Notes under the pieces: model-generated
The model's input: the letters and a program-made list of their open reading frames with translations, nothing else
Databases searched by the model: none
What the model was told of the DNA's origin: nothing
Made by a program: the position numbers and the translations under genes
Assembly (NCBI RefSeq): GCF_001194135.2
Contig: NC_068981.1
Coordinates: 85,115,780 to 85,179,779, forward strand
Direction: 5' to 3'
From: Octopus bimaculoides
Lineage: Eukaryota
DNA: 64,000 nucleotides
Part shown: in pieces, positions 24,721 to 38,678 of the stretch
Layout of the letters: every line of letters starts with the position of its first letter
Numbering within the stretch: the stretch's first letter is position 1

Positions 24721-25067
24721 CCATTTTGGTAGACCTGTTGAAGATAGTTACAATGGTGGTGCTGAATATTATCATAGTGACGTTGATGAAGTACTTATAA
24801 GCTGTAGTAGTTGTAATAGTTATTATTACTAACTTCTAATATCAGTTTGTTCAAGAAGATTCATAACATAAATTCATCTAATCAAATGAAACAGGGTTGT
24901 CTGACATTTATCGGGGTAACTTTGATTGCAGTTATTCTGTTGGGTTTTTTTTTCTTCTCTTTATATTTAGAACTTTAATTATAAATTATGATGTAGTTAA
25001 CCATTTTAAATTCCTGATTCGTTTCTCCATCATCTGTTGGTGCTAGTTTCTATAACAAATATGTCAT

Positions 25068-25093
25068 CGTGGATAGATAAGTAGACAGGTAGG

Positions 25094-25147
<54 letters not shown>
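25068..25147. repeat. (GATA)n microsatellite at the 3' flank of a Tx1-like element
   Basis: Direct inspection. Confidence 0.95.
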
Positions 25148-25148
<1 letters not shown>

Positions 25149-25212
25149 GTTTCTTTATTAGCCACACAGGGCCGAACACAGAGGGGAAAATACAAAGTAG
25201 AACTTTTCTTTT

Positions 25213-25263
<51 letters not shown>

Positions 25264-28111
25264 AAAATGTACGACCAAAGGGATCGAAAGTGTTTGGGAC
25301 GTGTAAACAGCAAAATAAGGCGGAGTAAAAATGTAAAAACAGATTAGGTCTATCCGTGGAAAGAAAAGCCTACGAGAAAGACCACGGTAACCTCAGGCTG
25401 GAAAAGAAACAAATGAGAACAAAGCGCTCTCGCTCTCTCCCTTTTGGATTTAGAGAATCATGCTCAAAGTGGTTTCGTCATTCACGCATACCATCTTTGC
25501 TGCAGTCTTCCACTTTCTATTGAAGCTTACATGAGACAAAATTTCTCTTTCTATTGTCACTTTCCTTTTCAAGTGGTATTTGAAGAAGTTGATGAGAAAT
25601 TGGCCAGAGAGGAAAGTGTTTGTCTCTAAACCTTTCGCACGAGTCCACCACTCACATTCTTTCACCATAGCCGCCAGTATAATGAAAACTGACTTGCCTT
25701 TCCGGTTAAAGGAAGGTGGAGGGGCAATATTCACGATAGGCCCGGCCTATAACCGAATTCGTCCTACACGTGACAGCAGCCGTTCGACATAAGCCCACCG
25801 GTCTGAATTGGTTGGACACTGCACGAGTGTGTACAGAAAGGTTTCGTCGCTCTGACCACATCTCCGGCAAGTCGGTCCGGTGTATCTCGAACTGTGCCTG
25901 TAGAGCTTATCCCGAACGGGCAATGCTTCCCGATAGCACTGCCAGGCCAGGGATCTCTGGTGATTGTCCATAGGTTCCGACCCGAAAGTGGTCCTGAAAA
26001 GGCGGGTCAAGTGTTCCCTGTGGGCGCCCAGATTCTCCCCAAGAACGTCGTCGCGCCTCCCCTCCACTAATCCTCTATAGAACGCCTTCGTGGAAGTCGT
26101 ACAAGTTTGGTTCCGGACGGCAGAGTTGCTCGAGAGCAACGCGGCACTCACGGTGCCATTCGCCTACCCTCAGTCTCTGTTTGATCAATGACTGCAGTTC
26201 GGCCAAAGAGACAAGCTGCGAGAAAGCGTGTCTCACAAACGGCGACCACAACTGTTCACCGTCGTCTATGAAGCGCCGGAGATGTCGCAGTCTCAGCGCA
26301 TGTCTGCGCATCATCAACCACGGCATGCCCAGCCCTCCATTTAGCAGGTGTTGGCAGCAAATGGATCGCCTAACCATTGGAGCGCTTCCCTTTCACAAAA
26401 AACGGAAGAGTATGCGTTCCAGTTTGGTAATGGTAGGGTGGGACAAGGCACGACGGTTAGACGGTAATAGATGACGGATGCGATGTCCGCGTTCGACCTT
26501 TTAGGGATAGCTTCCTCTCAGCTCATTACTGGGTGAGAGTGGCCATCCTACTCGTTATCTCGTCTTAGTTCTTCTCCAGACCCCGAGCAATTTAACTGGT
26601 CCGTTGGTCCAGTGTCCCACGATGGAGACGCTGTTGGACGGGATAGGCTTGCTTCTCCAGGTGCCGAGCCGCATGCCCACTGACTTTTCTGAGTTAATTT
26701 TCGCTCCCGTTACTGCTTCGTATTCTTTTAGTGTCTCAGTGACCAGGTCGATATGTCTGTGGCTCGACACTATGACGGCGCCACCGCTCCTTGGTTCACA
26801 AAGCTGGAGATACTCCCATTTTGCTACCAGTTGCAGTAGACTGCTGCCAAGACGCCTCCAAACAAGTCTGGCATATGACAAAAAAGCTCGTAGGGCAGCA
26901 CATCCAAGTTTAGCGACTTGTCTCCTATGCTGCCTGCCATCGCATCCCGTACGCCGCGGCTGTGATGGGTCTTTCACAACACTCCGCCTCTCTTGCCGAG
27001 AGTCGTGGCAGGCCATGCAAGTGGACAACCTGCACTATCCCTACGCACTGTACTACAGAATACTCTACCATCTGGACGACCCGATGCGGTTGCCTCATTC
27101 CACATTGGCACATTCGGGTGGTCCAGTTGGTACCTGTCAGACAGTTGGAAACGTCTGAGCTGGTCTTTCAGGCATTTACATCCCCTCCTATTCCTATCTC
27201 TACCCATGTAGCCTAGATGCGTGTCCAAGGTAGCGTTCCAAACCCCCACTAAAAGTAAAGGTCGATACGTTCCCAGGAAAACCTCTAGATGTCGAAAGAA
27301 ATCCGGCCGACCTGTTAAGGACGGGGCATAAACTTTTATAAGTCGAAAAGTACACCCATTACTGCATTGACATCCAAGACGACCAGCCTACCCTTCAGGC
27401 CTTGGAATATTGCTCTTATTTTGAGGTCCAGACTTTTCCGAAAAAGCACCGCAGTACCACCTCCACCCATTCTCAACAGACGCGGAGAAAAATAAGTGTC
27501 GAATTGTCCGCTGAACATGTGCTGGAGGGCCCGTGGGTTATGGAGTCTGGCCTCACTGATGGCTATGACATGCACATTCTGTGACTTGATGTCATTTAAC
27601 AGGTAGCCTTGTTTGCAAGGCGACCCCATGCCTCGCACATTTATACAACATATTCTAAGCATGTTCCTATCGAAAGTTGTTTTACACACGAAAGGAATGA
27701 GAGAGAGAGACACAGAGAGAGAGAGACAGAGNNNNNNNNNNNNNNNNNNNNNNNNNNNNNNNNNNNNNNNNNNNNNNNNNNNNNNNNNNNNNNNNNNNNN
27801 NNNNNNNNNNNNNNNNNNNNNNNNNNNNNNNNNNNNNNNNNNNNNNNNNNNNNNNNNNNNNNNNNNNNNNNNNNNNNNNNNNNNNNNNNNNNNNNNNNNN
27901 NNNNNNNNNNNNNNNNNNNNNNNNNNNNNNNNNNNNNNNNNNNNNNNNNNNNNNNNNNNNNNNNNNNNNNNNNNNNNNNNNNNNNNNNNNNNNNNNNNNN
28001 NNNNNNNNNNNNNNNNNNNNNNNNNNNNNNNNNNNNNNNNNNNNNNNNNNNNNNNNNNNNNNNNNNNNNNNNNNNNNNNNNNNNNNNNNNNNNNNNNNNN
28101 NNNNNNNNNNN

Positions 28112-28160
<49 letters not shown>

Positions 28161-28920
28161 TGTCACTTATTGTTCGAAAGTTGGTTGTTCACCTCCTCAC
28201 AATCTTCTTTCAGGAGGTTTTTGTACATTTTTTTTTTGATAACTACTGCATCAGGGTAGAGAGATTTCATTGTGTTGTGCGTGTTTTGTGTCACGTGTAG
28301 GATTTTTGTGTTTTCGTGGGTGATTGTTTTGACATTGTCTTCTGTTATGTTGGTGTTTGACCTAATGTATTGCATTAGGTTTGAATTATGTGTTTATTGC
28401 TGTCAGCATTGTGGATTCATTGAGTGTTTCTGTGTTTGTTTTAATGCTTTTGTTTTGTGCACCCGTTTCGGAAGTGGTAAACCTGCCTGCTTTATTTGTT
28501 CCATTTTCTTTTTTTGTTTTCCCCCTTTTTCTCCTTCCCCCTGTGGCCACTTGCCATTCCTCCGTGTCGCCTTCATCGGACATGTCGGAGGAATCAGAAA
28601 GTGATAGGGGAAGAGTATCGGGGGTCTATTTCTGACTGTGTTAATATTTATTTTGTTGTTGGCATAGATGTTTGTGTTGGTTGGTGACAGTTGGGATCTG
28701 GTGTATGGTTTGTTATGGGTGGGGGTATAAGTCCTTTTGTTTTCTCATCTTCGTTTGGTGCTTCTATAGTTGTTGGTGGGGAGATGATGTTGTTTATGTT
28801 CTTTGTGACATTGATGGGGGTGTCGTTTGGTTGGACTGGCTTATTGGTTGCTGATGCTCTTTCATTTCTTGGTAGAGCTATTTTATCAGCTGTGCATATG
28901 GCGGTGTGGGTAGCAGCATT
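25148..28920 (-). mobile_element. L1-clade/Tx1-like LINE copy b: ORF1 3' part, APE, deleted RT core, C-terminal zinc finger, 3' UTR
   Basis: APE starts at 27662 (MLRICCINVRG..AISEARL..VGVWNATLD); RT jumps from RGAV to VIVS; C-terminus CRRCGQSDETFLYTLVQC; 3' UTR ends GGCTAATAAAGAAA. Confidence 0.9.
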
Positions 28921-29818
28921 TTGTGGCGAGCGAAAACGCAGGGTGGACTTCAGTGCCTACCTGCACAGCCTGCCACGACTCTCGGCAAGAGAGGCAGAGT
29001 GTTACGAGGGTGCTAATACGGCGGCGGACGTGCGGGATGCGATGGCGGAATGTTCGAGGGACAAATCGTGGAGTTTGGAAGATCTGCCCTATGAGCTTTA
29101 CAGTTGCATGTCAGATTTGTTTGGAGACGTCTTGGCAGCGGTGTACTGCAACTGGCAGCAAAACGGAAACATCCCCGGTCCCGGTTTTGTGAGCCGAGGA
29201 GCCATAACGCTGCTAAAGAAAGATCCAAACAAGGGGGACGTAATAGATAACTTTAGACCCATCACTCTGCTCAATGCAGATTTGAAAGTTTTGGCCAAGG
29301 TGTTAGCCAAGAGGTTGGCGTTTGTCATCGAAAAACTTGTTGACAAGGTGCAAACGTGAGCCGTGCCGGGCCGGAGTCTCCATGACAATCTCCATCTGAT
29401 ACGCTACATCATAGACAGTGGAACCTGGCATGGGTGGGACGCTGATCAATTGAGATCAATCCAAAGCTTTCGTTAGGGTAGACCATCGATACTTGGAGAC
29501 TGTCTTCATTGCAGCCGATTTCGGTTTCGTCTTCCGCGGCTGGATAGCTGCCTTGTACAGAGGCATCCGTTCGGTAATTCGCGTGAATGGGATTCTATTG
29601 AGACCTTTCGACATTGTACGTTCGGTCCATCGGGGATGCCCCCTCTCGTCACTTCTGTACGTATTGACTCTCGAGCCAATACTGCTAAAGCTGGCAATGC
29701 TGAGGGGCATCCCGCGAGAACTGGGGTGCGGGACGAGAGTGTCCGCATACGCGGATGACGTCACCGTCATAGTGTCTGGCCACGAGCACATCGAGCTGAT
29801 CGGCGAGACACTGAAAGA
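28921..29818 (+). pseudogene. Inverted Tx1-like reverse transcriptase core fragment
   Basis: NFRPITLLNADLKVLAKVLAKRL, DQSKAFVRVDH, GCPLSSLLYVL, YADD (29748-29759). Confidence 0.95.
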
Positions 29819-32800
29819 CTCCGTGTTTAGCGTTGGAGTGTTGGTCGAGGGTCAAGCTCGCCGCCAGAGCGTCGGATGCGATGCCACTTCTAATCGCCTC
29901 TTCTAGCTTCTTTACTCAGTCACCCTCTACTCTGTTTCTATCTATCGCTAGTGCTTTGCTATACCTAATCGCTTCTGCTTTTATTGCTCTCTTGAGGCCA
30001 AACCACCATTTGTTGTTGATGATGGTTCCCGTCAAAGCTCTCTTTACAAGAGTGCTAATTCGGTTTCTGAAAACCTGTCTCGACGAGAAAGACGCGTTCA
30101 GTTTCCAGTAACCGGGGCCCTGCCTATGTGCTCTATCTAAGTCTAGCGTACACGTCACAAGTTTGTGATCCGTGTAGCTGACTATGTTGAATTGTGGACA
30201 TCCTAAGTTATCCCTATCTACTGTCCTACACACTATTCTTTCTATATACGATCTCGATGACCCAATGTGGTTGCTCTATGTCCACGTTGGCGCATTTGGT
30301 TGGTCGAGTCGGTACCTGTCAGACAGTGGAAAGCGTCTGAGCAGGTCTCTGAGGCATTTGCATCCCCGTCTATTCCTATCTCTGCCCACGTAGTCTAGAT
30401 GTGTGTCCAAAGTAGCATTCCAATCCCCCACTAAAAGTAAAGGAAGAGACGTTCCTAGGAATACTTCTATACGTCTAAAAAAATCCGGCCGACCTGTTAA
30501 AAGCGGTACATAGACTGATAGGAGTCGAAAAGCAGACCCATTTCTGCCGTCGACATCCAGGACAACCAGTCTACCCACCAGTCTAAGAATATTGTCTTTA
30601 CTTCGAGATCCAGACTCTTGCGAAAAAGTACCGCCGTGCCACTACCGCTGATTCTCAGCAGACAGGGAGTAAAATAAATGTTAAACTGTCCACCAAACAT
30701 GGGGACTTTAGCACCCGTGGATTATGGAGTCTGGTCTCACTTATGGCTATGATTCCTAACTCGTATGACTTTATGTCATTTAAGAGGTACTCTTGTTTCC
30801 AAGGGGCCCCAAGCCACGCGCATTCACACAACCAATCTTTATCATGACCCTAATGAGTTGTGTGCTTTTAAAACACAAACGAAAGGAAGAGAGAGTTAGT
30901 AACCGTTTGAAATTTTTGTCACTTCCGTTGATTTTTCATCAAGGAGGTTTCTGTATAGCTTTTTTGAGGAGTATTTTTGACACTCCCTACCGCATTGGGG
31001 TAGAGGGATTTTAGTTTGTGGTGCAAGGTAGGTGTGAAGTCCAAAACTTTGATATGTTGTGGTGGTGTTGTGTGTGGGTGGTTGCTTGCTTTTATGTCAT
31101 CTTCTGTTAGGCTTGTTTTTGTGTTGATGTATTACATCAACTCTGTGTTTTTAATGTTTATGGCTGTGAGCATCGTTTTCGTGGTGTTGGTGTTGTTTGT
31201 GTTAGAGTTCGAAATGTCTTCGGGAGTTGTTTATCTCCCTGCTTTGTTTGTGTTTGCTTTTGTTCTTTTTTTGCTCCTCTTCCTCCTTCATTTTCTGGCT
31301 ATTAGCCATTCCTCACTGCTTTCGCCTTCCGACGAAATTTCTGAGAATTTGGAAAGGGGTAAGGGTATGTTGTAAGCGTCTATGTGTGTCTGTGTAAGTG
31401 GTTGTATTTTTGTTTTCGTTGGTGTTGGTTGTTGATTGTTTGTGTGAGGTGTATGTGATATAGGGAAGGAGGGATCAGTTTTAGTATCTTCTTTTGGTTT
31501 TCCTATACTTTTAGTTCTTGTTGTTGTTGTTGGTGGTGGTGGTATTTTTTCAGGTACTGTTTTATTTTCGATTGTTGATGTTGATGGATTTGGTTGGTAT
31601 GCTTCTTTAGTCGTGTTTAGTGTTGACGATGGTGTGGGTAGTAATGCTTTTTTCTCAGAGTGTTTTGGTTGTGGTGTTGGTTGTTGTTGTTGCTCTTGTT
31701 GTTGTCCGGCAGTTGGACAATTCTTTTTTAAATGTGCTTCGCTACAGCACAGATAGCAGCGTGGCTGCCTGTCCCCCACCACTACATACAGTCTGTAGCC
31801 CTCTATCAATTCTATAGATGTAGGTATCTTGCCTATGGATAGTTGATCAATTTGCATAAGTATTTGAAGTGTCTTTCCGACCCAGTTTTGCTGTTCTAAA
31901 ACAGCAATTTCTAGAATACTAGTCTGTGCCATTTCAAAGCAGATACTAGCCATTGTGTTTCTACTTCTGGTGGCACATTTATTACTGTTACTTTCGTCAC
32001 TCTCTGGCCTAAGTATGTTGGTATCATCACCAACTCGTCCGCGTGAAGAGTTAATGTTCAAAATTGTTCGACCATATTTTCATTGTGGAATCGCACTTAA
32101 ACCGTGCCGAATTTATGTCACCAATTGATGTATCTTTTATGTGCCCATACAGGGCGAAGGCATTTTCTATTTTTGGTTGTGGCGCATTTTCCGGTCGTCT
32201 TGTCTTTGTGTTGATAATTTTATGTATGATTGTCTTTTGGTGTGTTTTCTATTATATGTTTTGGTATGTGGAGATGTAAATTATCTCCTTCTTTGCTAAG
32301 AAAGGCCTTTGTATCTCCTTCTTTGCTAATAAGTGCCTTTGTGTTGTTTATTTCTTGTGCAGTAAATTTTACGATGGTTCTCTTTTGTTTTATCGCTTCT
32401 GCGAAATTTGTTTTGTCCTTGGTGGTAGTAGTGGTAGTGTTGGTAGCAAAGATGTCAGTTGTAGCGTTTGAAGTTGAAGTTATAGTTGTGGTGTTGGCGT
32501 TGGCGGTACTGTCTTCGGTGGAGGTCACATAGTGGACGGCTTTGCGATGATATCGTTGTTGTTGGTGGTGGTACTGGCATTCATGTTTAGGTCTGTATTC
32601 ATTCTTTTTAAATTTCTCTCCTCTGTCCTTCTTACATTAACATGTGGTAGAGGAAGTGTAGGAATGTTTATGTCAAACGTGTCTCCAAGGAGACTGGCGT
32701 TTGTCATTATAGGAAAACTGTCTTCATGACTTGAAGACGCTATCCTCCAAAGGAAAATGGCTTAGCAAACCAAAAACAAATTTACAAAACTAGGAAATAT

Positions 32801-32952
32801 GCCTCACAGAGCAACTTTCCTGTGGAAACAATTTGCATGATCGAAAGTATCAGCTGTTGCACAACTTTTACATAGAAAATATTATACAGGACACACTTTT
32901 GAAAGCAAAAAAAATGCAAACTTACGCGTTGATTTGACTATCATCCGTCCAT

Positions 32953-32960
<8 letters not shown>
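29819..32960 (-). mobile_element. L1-clade/Tx1-like LINE copy a: 5' UTR, ORF1 and APE
   Basis: ORF1 relic ~32707-31050 with CCHC knuckle CYLCCSEAHLKKNC (31717-31758); ORF2 ATG at 30845 (MIKIGCVNARGLG..AISETRL..VGDWNA..YTDHK..GPGYWKLN). Confidence 0.9.
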
Positions 32961-32968
<8 letters not shown>

Positions 32969-32998
<30 letters not shown>

Positions 32999-33039
32999 CA
33001 GACAGGCAAGCAGACAGACAGACAGACAGACAGGCAAAC

Positions 33040-33098
<59 letters not shown>

Positions 33099-33100
33099 GA
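32969..33100. repeat. (GA)n(GACA)n(GATA)n compound microsatellite
   Basis: Direct inspection. Confidence 0.95.
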
Positions 33101-33515
33101 CAGGGTGTTCAGGATAAATTTGACGAATATTTATGTCTCCTTTTTCAGGAACAGCTAGATGTATTGGTGATCAGTTAACGGCGTTGGAGAACACGAAGAT
33201 TAAAGTTGTAGTTTGAAAAAGTTTGCTGAAATGAAAGACTTGAGACATATGAATACTGGAAAAGAATAGCTGTATCATAATGACTTACACCGGATACTAA
33301 AATGCAAATATCATGACTGCTGCTCAATGCTCTGTAAACACTGTGAAAACGGCTTTAGGACGTAAAGAGAATAGCTACAACGAAAATTACGAATCTGCAG
33401 CCATCAGGAAGAGACGCGACAGGCGTTCTGACTGTGTCTGCACGCCGGTATTCTTCCAACAACTGCAAGATAAGTTGATGGAAGATGCTAAACAAAGGAA
33501 TCTGGGTTTTGGTGA
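33101..33515 (+). mobile_element. maT-like Tc1/mariner 5' end with N-terminal transposase relic
   Basis: CAGGGTG terminus; ..IMTAAQCSVNTVKT..IRKRRDRRSDCVCTPVFFQQLQDKLMED; truncated by a CORE-SINE tail at ~33517. Confidence 0.7.
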
Positions 33516-33602
33516 GAATATGGCCGCAGTCTAATGACTGAAATAAGTAAAAGATAAAAGAAAAAATAACATCTATATAATGTATATATATATATATATA
33601 TA

Positions 33603-33778
33603 CTCTCTCTTTTTACTCTTTTACTTGTTTCAGTCATTTGACTGCGGCCATGCTGGAGCACCGCCTTCAATCGAGAAAATCGACCCCAAGACTTATTCTT
33701 TATAAGCCTAGTACTTATTCTATTGGTCTCTTTTTGCCGAACCGCTAGGTTACGGGGACGTAGACACACCAGCATCGG
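33603..33778 (-). mobile_element. CORE-type SINE (family 2), 3' half, running into gap
   Basis: CAGTCATTTGACTGCGGCCATGCTGGAGCACCGCC...GGGGACGTAGACACACCAGCATCGG. Confidence 0.9.
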
Positions 33779-36700
33779 NNNNNNNNNNNNNNNNNNNNNN
33801 NNNNNNNNNNNNNNNNNNNNNNNNNNNNNNNNNNNNNNNNNNNNNNNNNNNNNNNNNNNNNNNNNNNNNNNNNNNNNNNNNNNNNNNNNNNNNNNNNNNN
33901 NNNNNNNNNNNNNNNNNNNNNNNNNNNNNNNNNNNNNNNNNNNNNNNNNNNNNNNNNNNNNNNNNNNNNNNNNNNNNNNNNNNNNNNNNNNNNNNNNNNN
34001 NNNNNNNNNNNNNNNNNNNNNNNNNNNNNNNNNNNNNNNNNNNNNNNNNNNNNNNNNNNNNNNNNNNNNNNNNNNNNNNNNNNNNNNNNNNNNNNNNNNN
34101 NNNNNNNNNNNNNNNNNNNNNNNNNNNNNNNNNNNNNNNNNNNNNNNNNNNNNNNNNNNNNNNNNNNNNNNNNNNNNNNNNNNNNNNNNNNNNNNNNNNN
34201 NNNNNNNNNNNNNNNNNNNNNNNNNNNNNNNNNNNNNNNNNNNNNNNNNNNNNNNNNNNNNNNNNNNNNNNNNNNNNNNNNNNNNNNNNNNNNNNNNNNN
34301 NNNNNNNNNNNNNNNNNNNNNNNNNNNNNNNNNNNNNNNNNNNNNNNNNNNNNNNNNNNNNNNNNNNNNNNNNNNNNNNNNNNNNTATATATATATATAT
34401 ATGAGAGACAGGGAGTCAGAGAGTGAGTGTGTCCGTGTGTGTACACATATAGCCATTAATACTTTCAAATAGTTTACGGAACAATTAAGTAAGATATTAC
34501 GCTTCCTGTACACATAAAACTATTATATTCAATCGTTTTATTAACCAACGAGATAAACATTTTATGCACTATTTTGTAAAGAGAAGTTTTATGTTTCACA
34601 GTATATCACCTGTTAATCGATTTGAGCCTATGTTAGTAAAAGAACTCATTACTATCTGTTTTTATTAATATGTTTAAAATTACCGGATCTTTATTGTATT
34701 GCACCGTTCTAGCATTAATTGATTGTTATAATGGCTCACATTTTATAATATATATCTATACATATAAATGATAAGATATTTGCATTTGCAGACGATGATG
34801 ATGATGATGATGATGATTACGACGACAATTTTGTGGGGATTAATAACCAGAGGGCTGCAATTATTCGTCGATACGTTTATTATCGCATAGCACTATTCTT
34901 TTATAGTAACAATTTGGGTAGCATCAGGAGGCATTTTCTTGAACTATATTATTTAAAAAGAAAACTTTCTTTATACATTTCATTGCTTTCCACTTAATAG
35001 TTTTTTAGGCTACTTATTAACTAGGCCAACTTAACTCTTCCTTCCAGTTGCTAAGTCTAAGCACAATGCATTAATGTTGCTTTTACATCAAAATTATCTT
35101 ACTTTGCATATTACTTAGACATTTTAAACAACTGAATCCTACTTTACTGTTAGGTATTGCAGCAAGATATCTTAAACAAATCATACCTAATATATTGATT
35201 CATACTGCGATATCTTTGACAATTAACATAATGTTATGTAAACTCTCAGCTTTCACTCATTTTATTCTATCTGCAAAACCTGAATTTGTGATGATTCGTT
35301 TAAATTCAAATTTTAAAAATGATTCTGGAATATTTTAAAAGCAGAGATAAGTTGTTTGTCAAGATAATCAATTTCAATTCATATTTTAAAAATTTCCTTA
35401 ACATAATTATCTTCATTGTACCACAAATTTTAAAATTATATCTTTACTTCAATTCTTGTATTAAAGTTCAGAAGTACAACAGTAAAAATAGAAATTCACA
35501 CTACTGGTCGACAGTCAATATTTCAGAGTGAAAAAGAATTTCCTACCCGAAAAACGGTTATCAAAATATCAGAATTTAGACTGGATTGTATTTTTAGACG
35601 GGATTATATTTAAAATTTATTATTATATTTATGTGTCCTGTTTAAGGAAACACTTAGAAAATATAGAGACATTTTAGAGAATACTACTTCTGACACCTTT
35701 CCAGAAAATCCATACTATGGAAGAAATTTCCACCAAAACATTAAAACCTCAGCGTTAACTGACGGCTTGGGAAAGTATGTTCTTATGAATATTCAGCAGG
35801 TTGAAGCCGTTGTAAATTGCAACTTTTTCAACCTGATTTTCATATCTAGGTCTATGAATAATCTTTAAAGTTATAGGTTCTGACAGATCTGTTATCACTA
35901 GTAAATTTGTTATAAGTTATACAGACATGGCTGTGCACTTAGCCAAACGTGAGTGAGATGTGAAAATATTGAGGTCAACGTCCTTTGCACACGCATATTA
36001 CTTGTATTTACAGAAGTCTTGACTTGAACATTATCTAAAAAGCCAACTATATTAGGAACAACACATATTAGAGAGATGGTGATGCACGAGAAATAAGGTT
36101 TATCCTATCTTTTTCCAGCATAATGAGATTTTAATGATTGCAGTAAAACTATTTAATTCTTTTACTACGAAAAGCAGATATATCTATTCAAAATTTCATA
36201 ACACTTAACTGCAAAAAAACAGTTTTATATACCAGTCTATCTATTTTCATTTATTTATTTTTTATTTTATTTTACCGAATGTCATATTTAAAACTATTTT
36301 CTGTTGAGATATGTCGAATTTATTGAGGTAAGGCGACTTACAGAAAATACCAATTCTATTTTTTTTTTTTTTGTGGGGGAGGGTTAGGGTTAGATATTTA
36401 ACATCATTACTGGAACATCTGTGAAATTTGATTTCGCAGTGAAAGGATTAAAGACTTAAAAGAACTCCGTTATAGTCATATTTTTCTAAAATGTTACTCC
36501 AATCAACTTCTAGATGTATTCTTAACTATCACACAGAGAAGATGGAAAGAAAATTTTTGCTCTTCAGTAAAATGTATGAAATACAAGAAAGGAAAACATG
36601 AGTGAAAATAAAACGACCAACCAGTTTTGCCAACGAGCTACGGTAGAAAAAGAAAATGTTCTCGGGTAACTAGACTACTGCCTGGGGCTTTAGATACTTG

Positions 36701-38485
36701 CTAATTCTATGGACTCTTTATTTCATTCGATTACAATTCTCTATGTTTTTCTTTCCATATCTATCTGCCTTTTGCTTTCTTTAATTCTTCGTCGTATTTT
36801 TTCTCGACAGAATATTTATAGAGCATTCTTTAATGTCTACTTATCTTATGCGGGAAAATACGTTGCATCACACTTTTCTAAGCAGCTCTTTTCTGTTAAT
36901 CAAGTGTTTTTATAGGTGGAAGGGAAATAAAATGGTTTCAACTGCAAAATTAAAGCCTGATAACAATCGCAGTCAGTTGATTTGGGGACTACATTTTTCA
37001 ATACTCACTATCACAATTAAATAGCATTTATATCATCGCTGAATCACTTATTCCAAAGATCTGCTTTTCTCTGAATTTCTCAGGCAAATTAAAAAGTAAT
37101 CAATAATGACATAAGAAAAAAATTACGACAAAAAACGCAATAATGGCGAGAGTCAAAACGAATGGCGGTGATAGTTCTTGTTAGAAGATCTTGGTTATTG
37201 TTCTTGAAGACGACGACGACGATGATGATGATGATCATGATGATGATCATGATGATGACGATGACTACGCTCCCGCCACCGACGATGATGATGATGATGA
37301 TAACGACGACAATTTTGTGGGGATTAATAACCAGAGGGCTGCAATTATTCGTCGATACGTTTATTATCGCATAGCACTATTCTTTTATAGTAACAATGTG
37401 GGTAGCATCAGGAGGCATTTTCTTGAACTATATTATTTAAAAAGAAAACTTTCTTTATACATTTCATTGATATACATAAGGAATATATAAATATATAATT
37501 TACTTCTATTTGTGTATGGGTAAGAGAGCGGGGAGAGCGAGAAAGAGAGAATTGGTTTCGATAGTTCAAGAACAAATATTAAATATTGTTCTAGAAACTG
37601 ATTTCCTGTTAACGCTTATCTCTGTTTGACAAGAAATAAATCTCTGGTCTTCCATTAACGCAGATAAGGTTTATTACTCGAATGTGCAATGCAGAACAAT
37701 AACAATTCTCGATCAATCGGCCCTTGACAATGATTTAATAGTATCGATATTTGTTATAATAAACAGAACAGAACCTCCCGTTTTTTTTTCTTCCTTTCTT
37801 CCCAGTCTTTTATATCAAATATGTTAGCAATTTTCCTAAATGTTTGCGTAAAACCGATTATAAAAATTGAAGAAACAATAACAGTATATTCATATGGAAT
37901 TATTCAATAATATGTAAACATTTGATGCCAGACATTAGCTGTTAGGGTAGTAGCATATTTAATCATTTCACAAGCTATGTCCTGCAGTTTTCACTTTTAT
38001 TTATGAGATGTATGTTAATTTACCTAGTAATCTTATTATCTGGGGAACTATTGGCGTCGGGCACAGGATGATGCAAAATATATTAGCATATAATATTTTA
38101 GTGGTATCCTGTATGTAATTCAATGTATTTTGTTTCTCTATGAATAACAGAACTACTACAGAAGAATTTTCGTACTTTTCAAATTAAAATTAATTCTTCT
38201 TCTTATCATCATCATCATCATCATCATCATCATTATTATTATTATTATTATTATTATTCGCCACTTCCTCATTTTTCTTCTCTTTTATTTTTACTTGCAA
38301 TGGCTTAATCAGTTTTTCCAAGCCCTCCGATGCTCTTAATATCCATGCGGTTGAAAATCATTTTGAAGTCGACGACTGAAGGAAAAACATATGCTGGGAG
38401 AAAATTCCTTGGAGATGACGATCTAAAGAGTAAAGATTACGTGTGACATTGTTATTGTGGTGTCAATATGGTTAGTGAGTGTTAA

Positions 38486-38678
38486 GGTGGCGAGCTGGCA
38501 GAATCGTTTGCACGCTAGTCAAAATGCTTAGCAGTTCTGTGTTCGATTTCCGCCGAGGTCAACTTTGCCTTTCATCCTTTCGAGGTCTATAAAATAAGTA
38601 CCAGTTATGTACTGGGGTAGATGTAATCACCTTATCTCCTTCATTGAAATTGCCGGCTCTGTGTCAAAATTTTAAACC
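38486..38678 (+). mobile_element. Nin/Deu-like SINE (family 1)
   Basis: GGTGGCGAGCTGGCAGAATCGTT..CCGCCGAGGTCAACTTTGCCTTTCATCCTTTCGAGGTC..AAATAAGTACCAG. Confidence 0.9.

Noticed and set aside
1421-24800. Low-complexity ORFs (poly-I, poly-T/S/N, CV/HT/YI repeats)
   Set aside because: Translations of microsatellites.
28921-29818. Simple twin-priming explanation for the inversion
   Set aside because: The segments on either side derive from two different copies that both contain ORF1/APE, which one twin-priming event does not produce.
37191-37490. Asp-rich 99-aa ORF
   Set aside because: The poly-D comes from (GAT)n; the rest has no recognisable domain or splice context.
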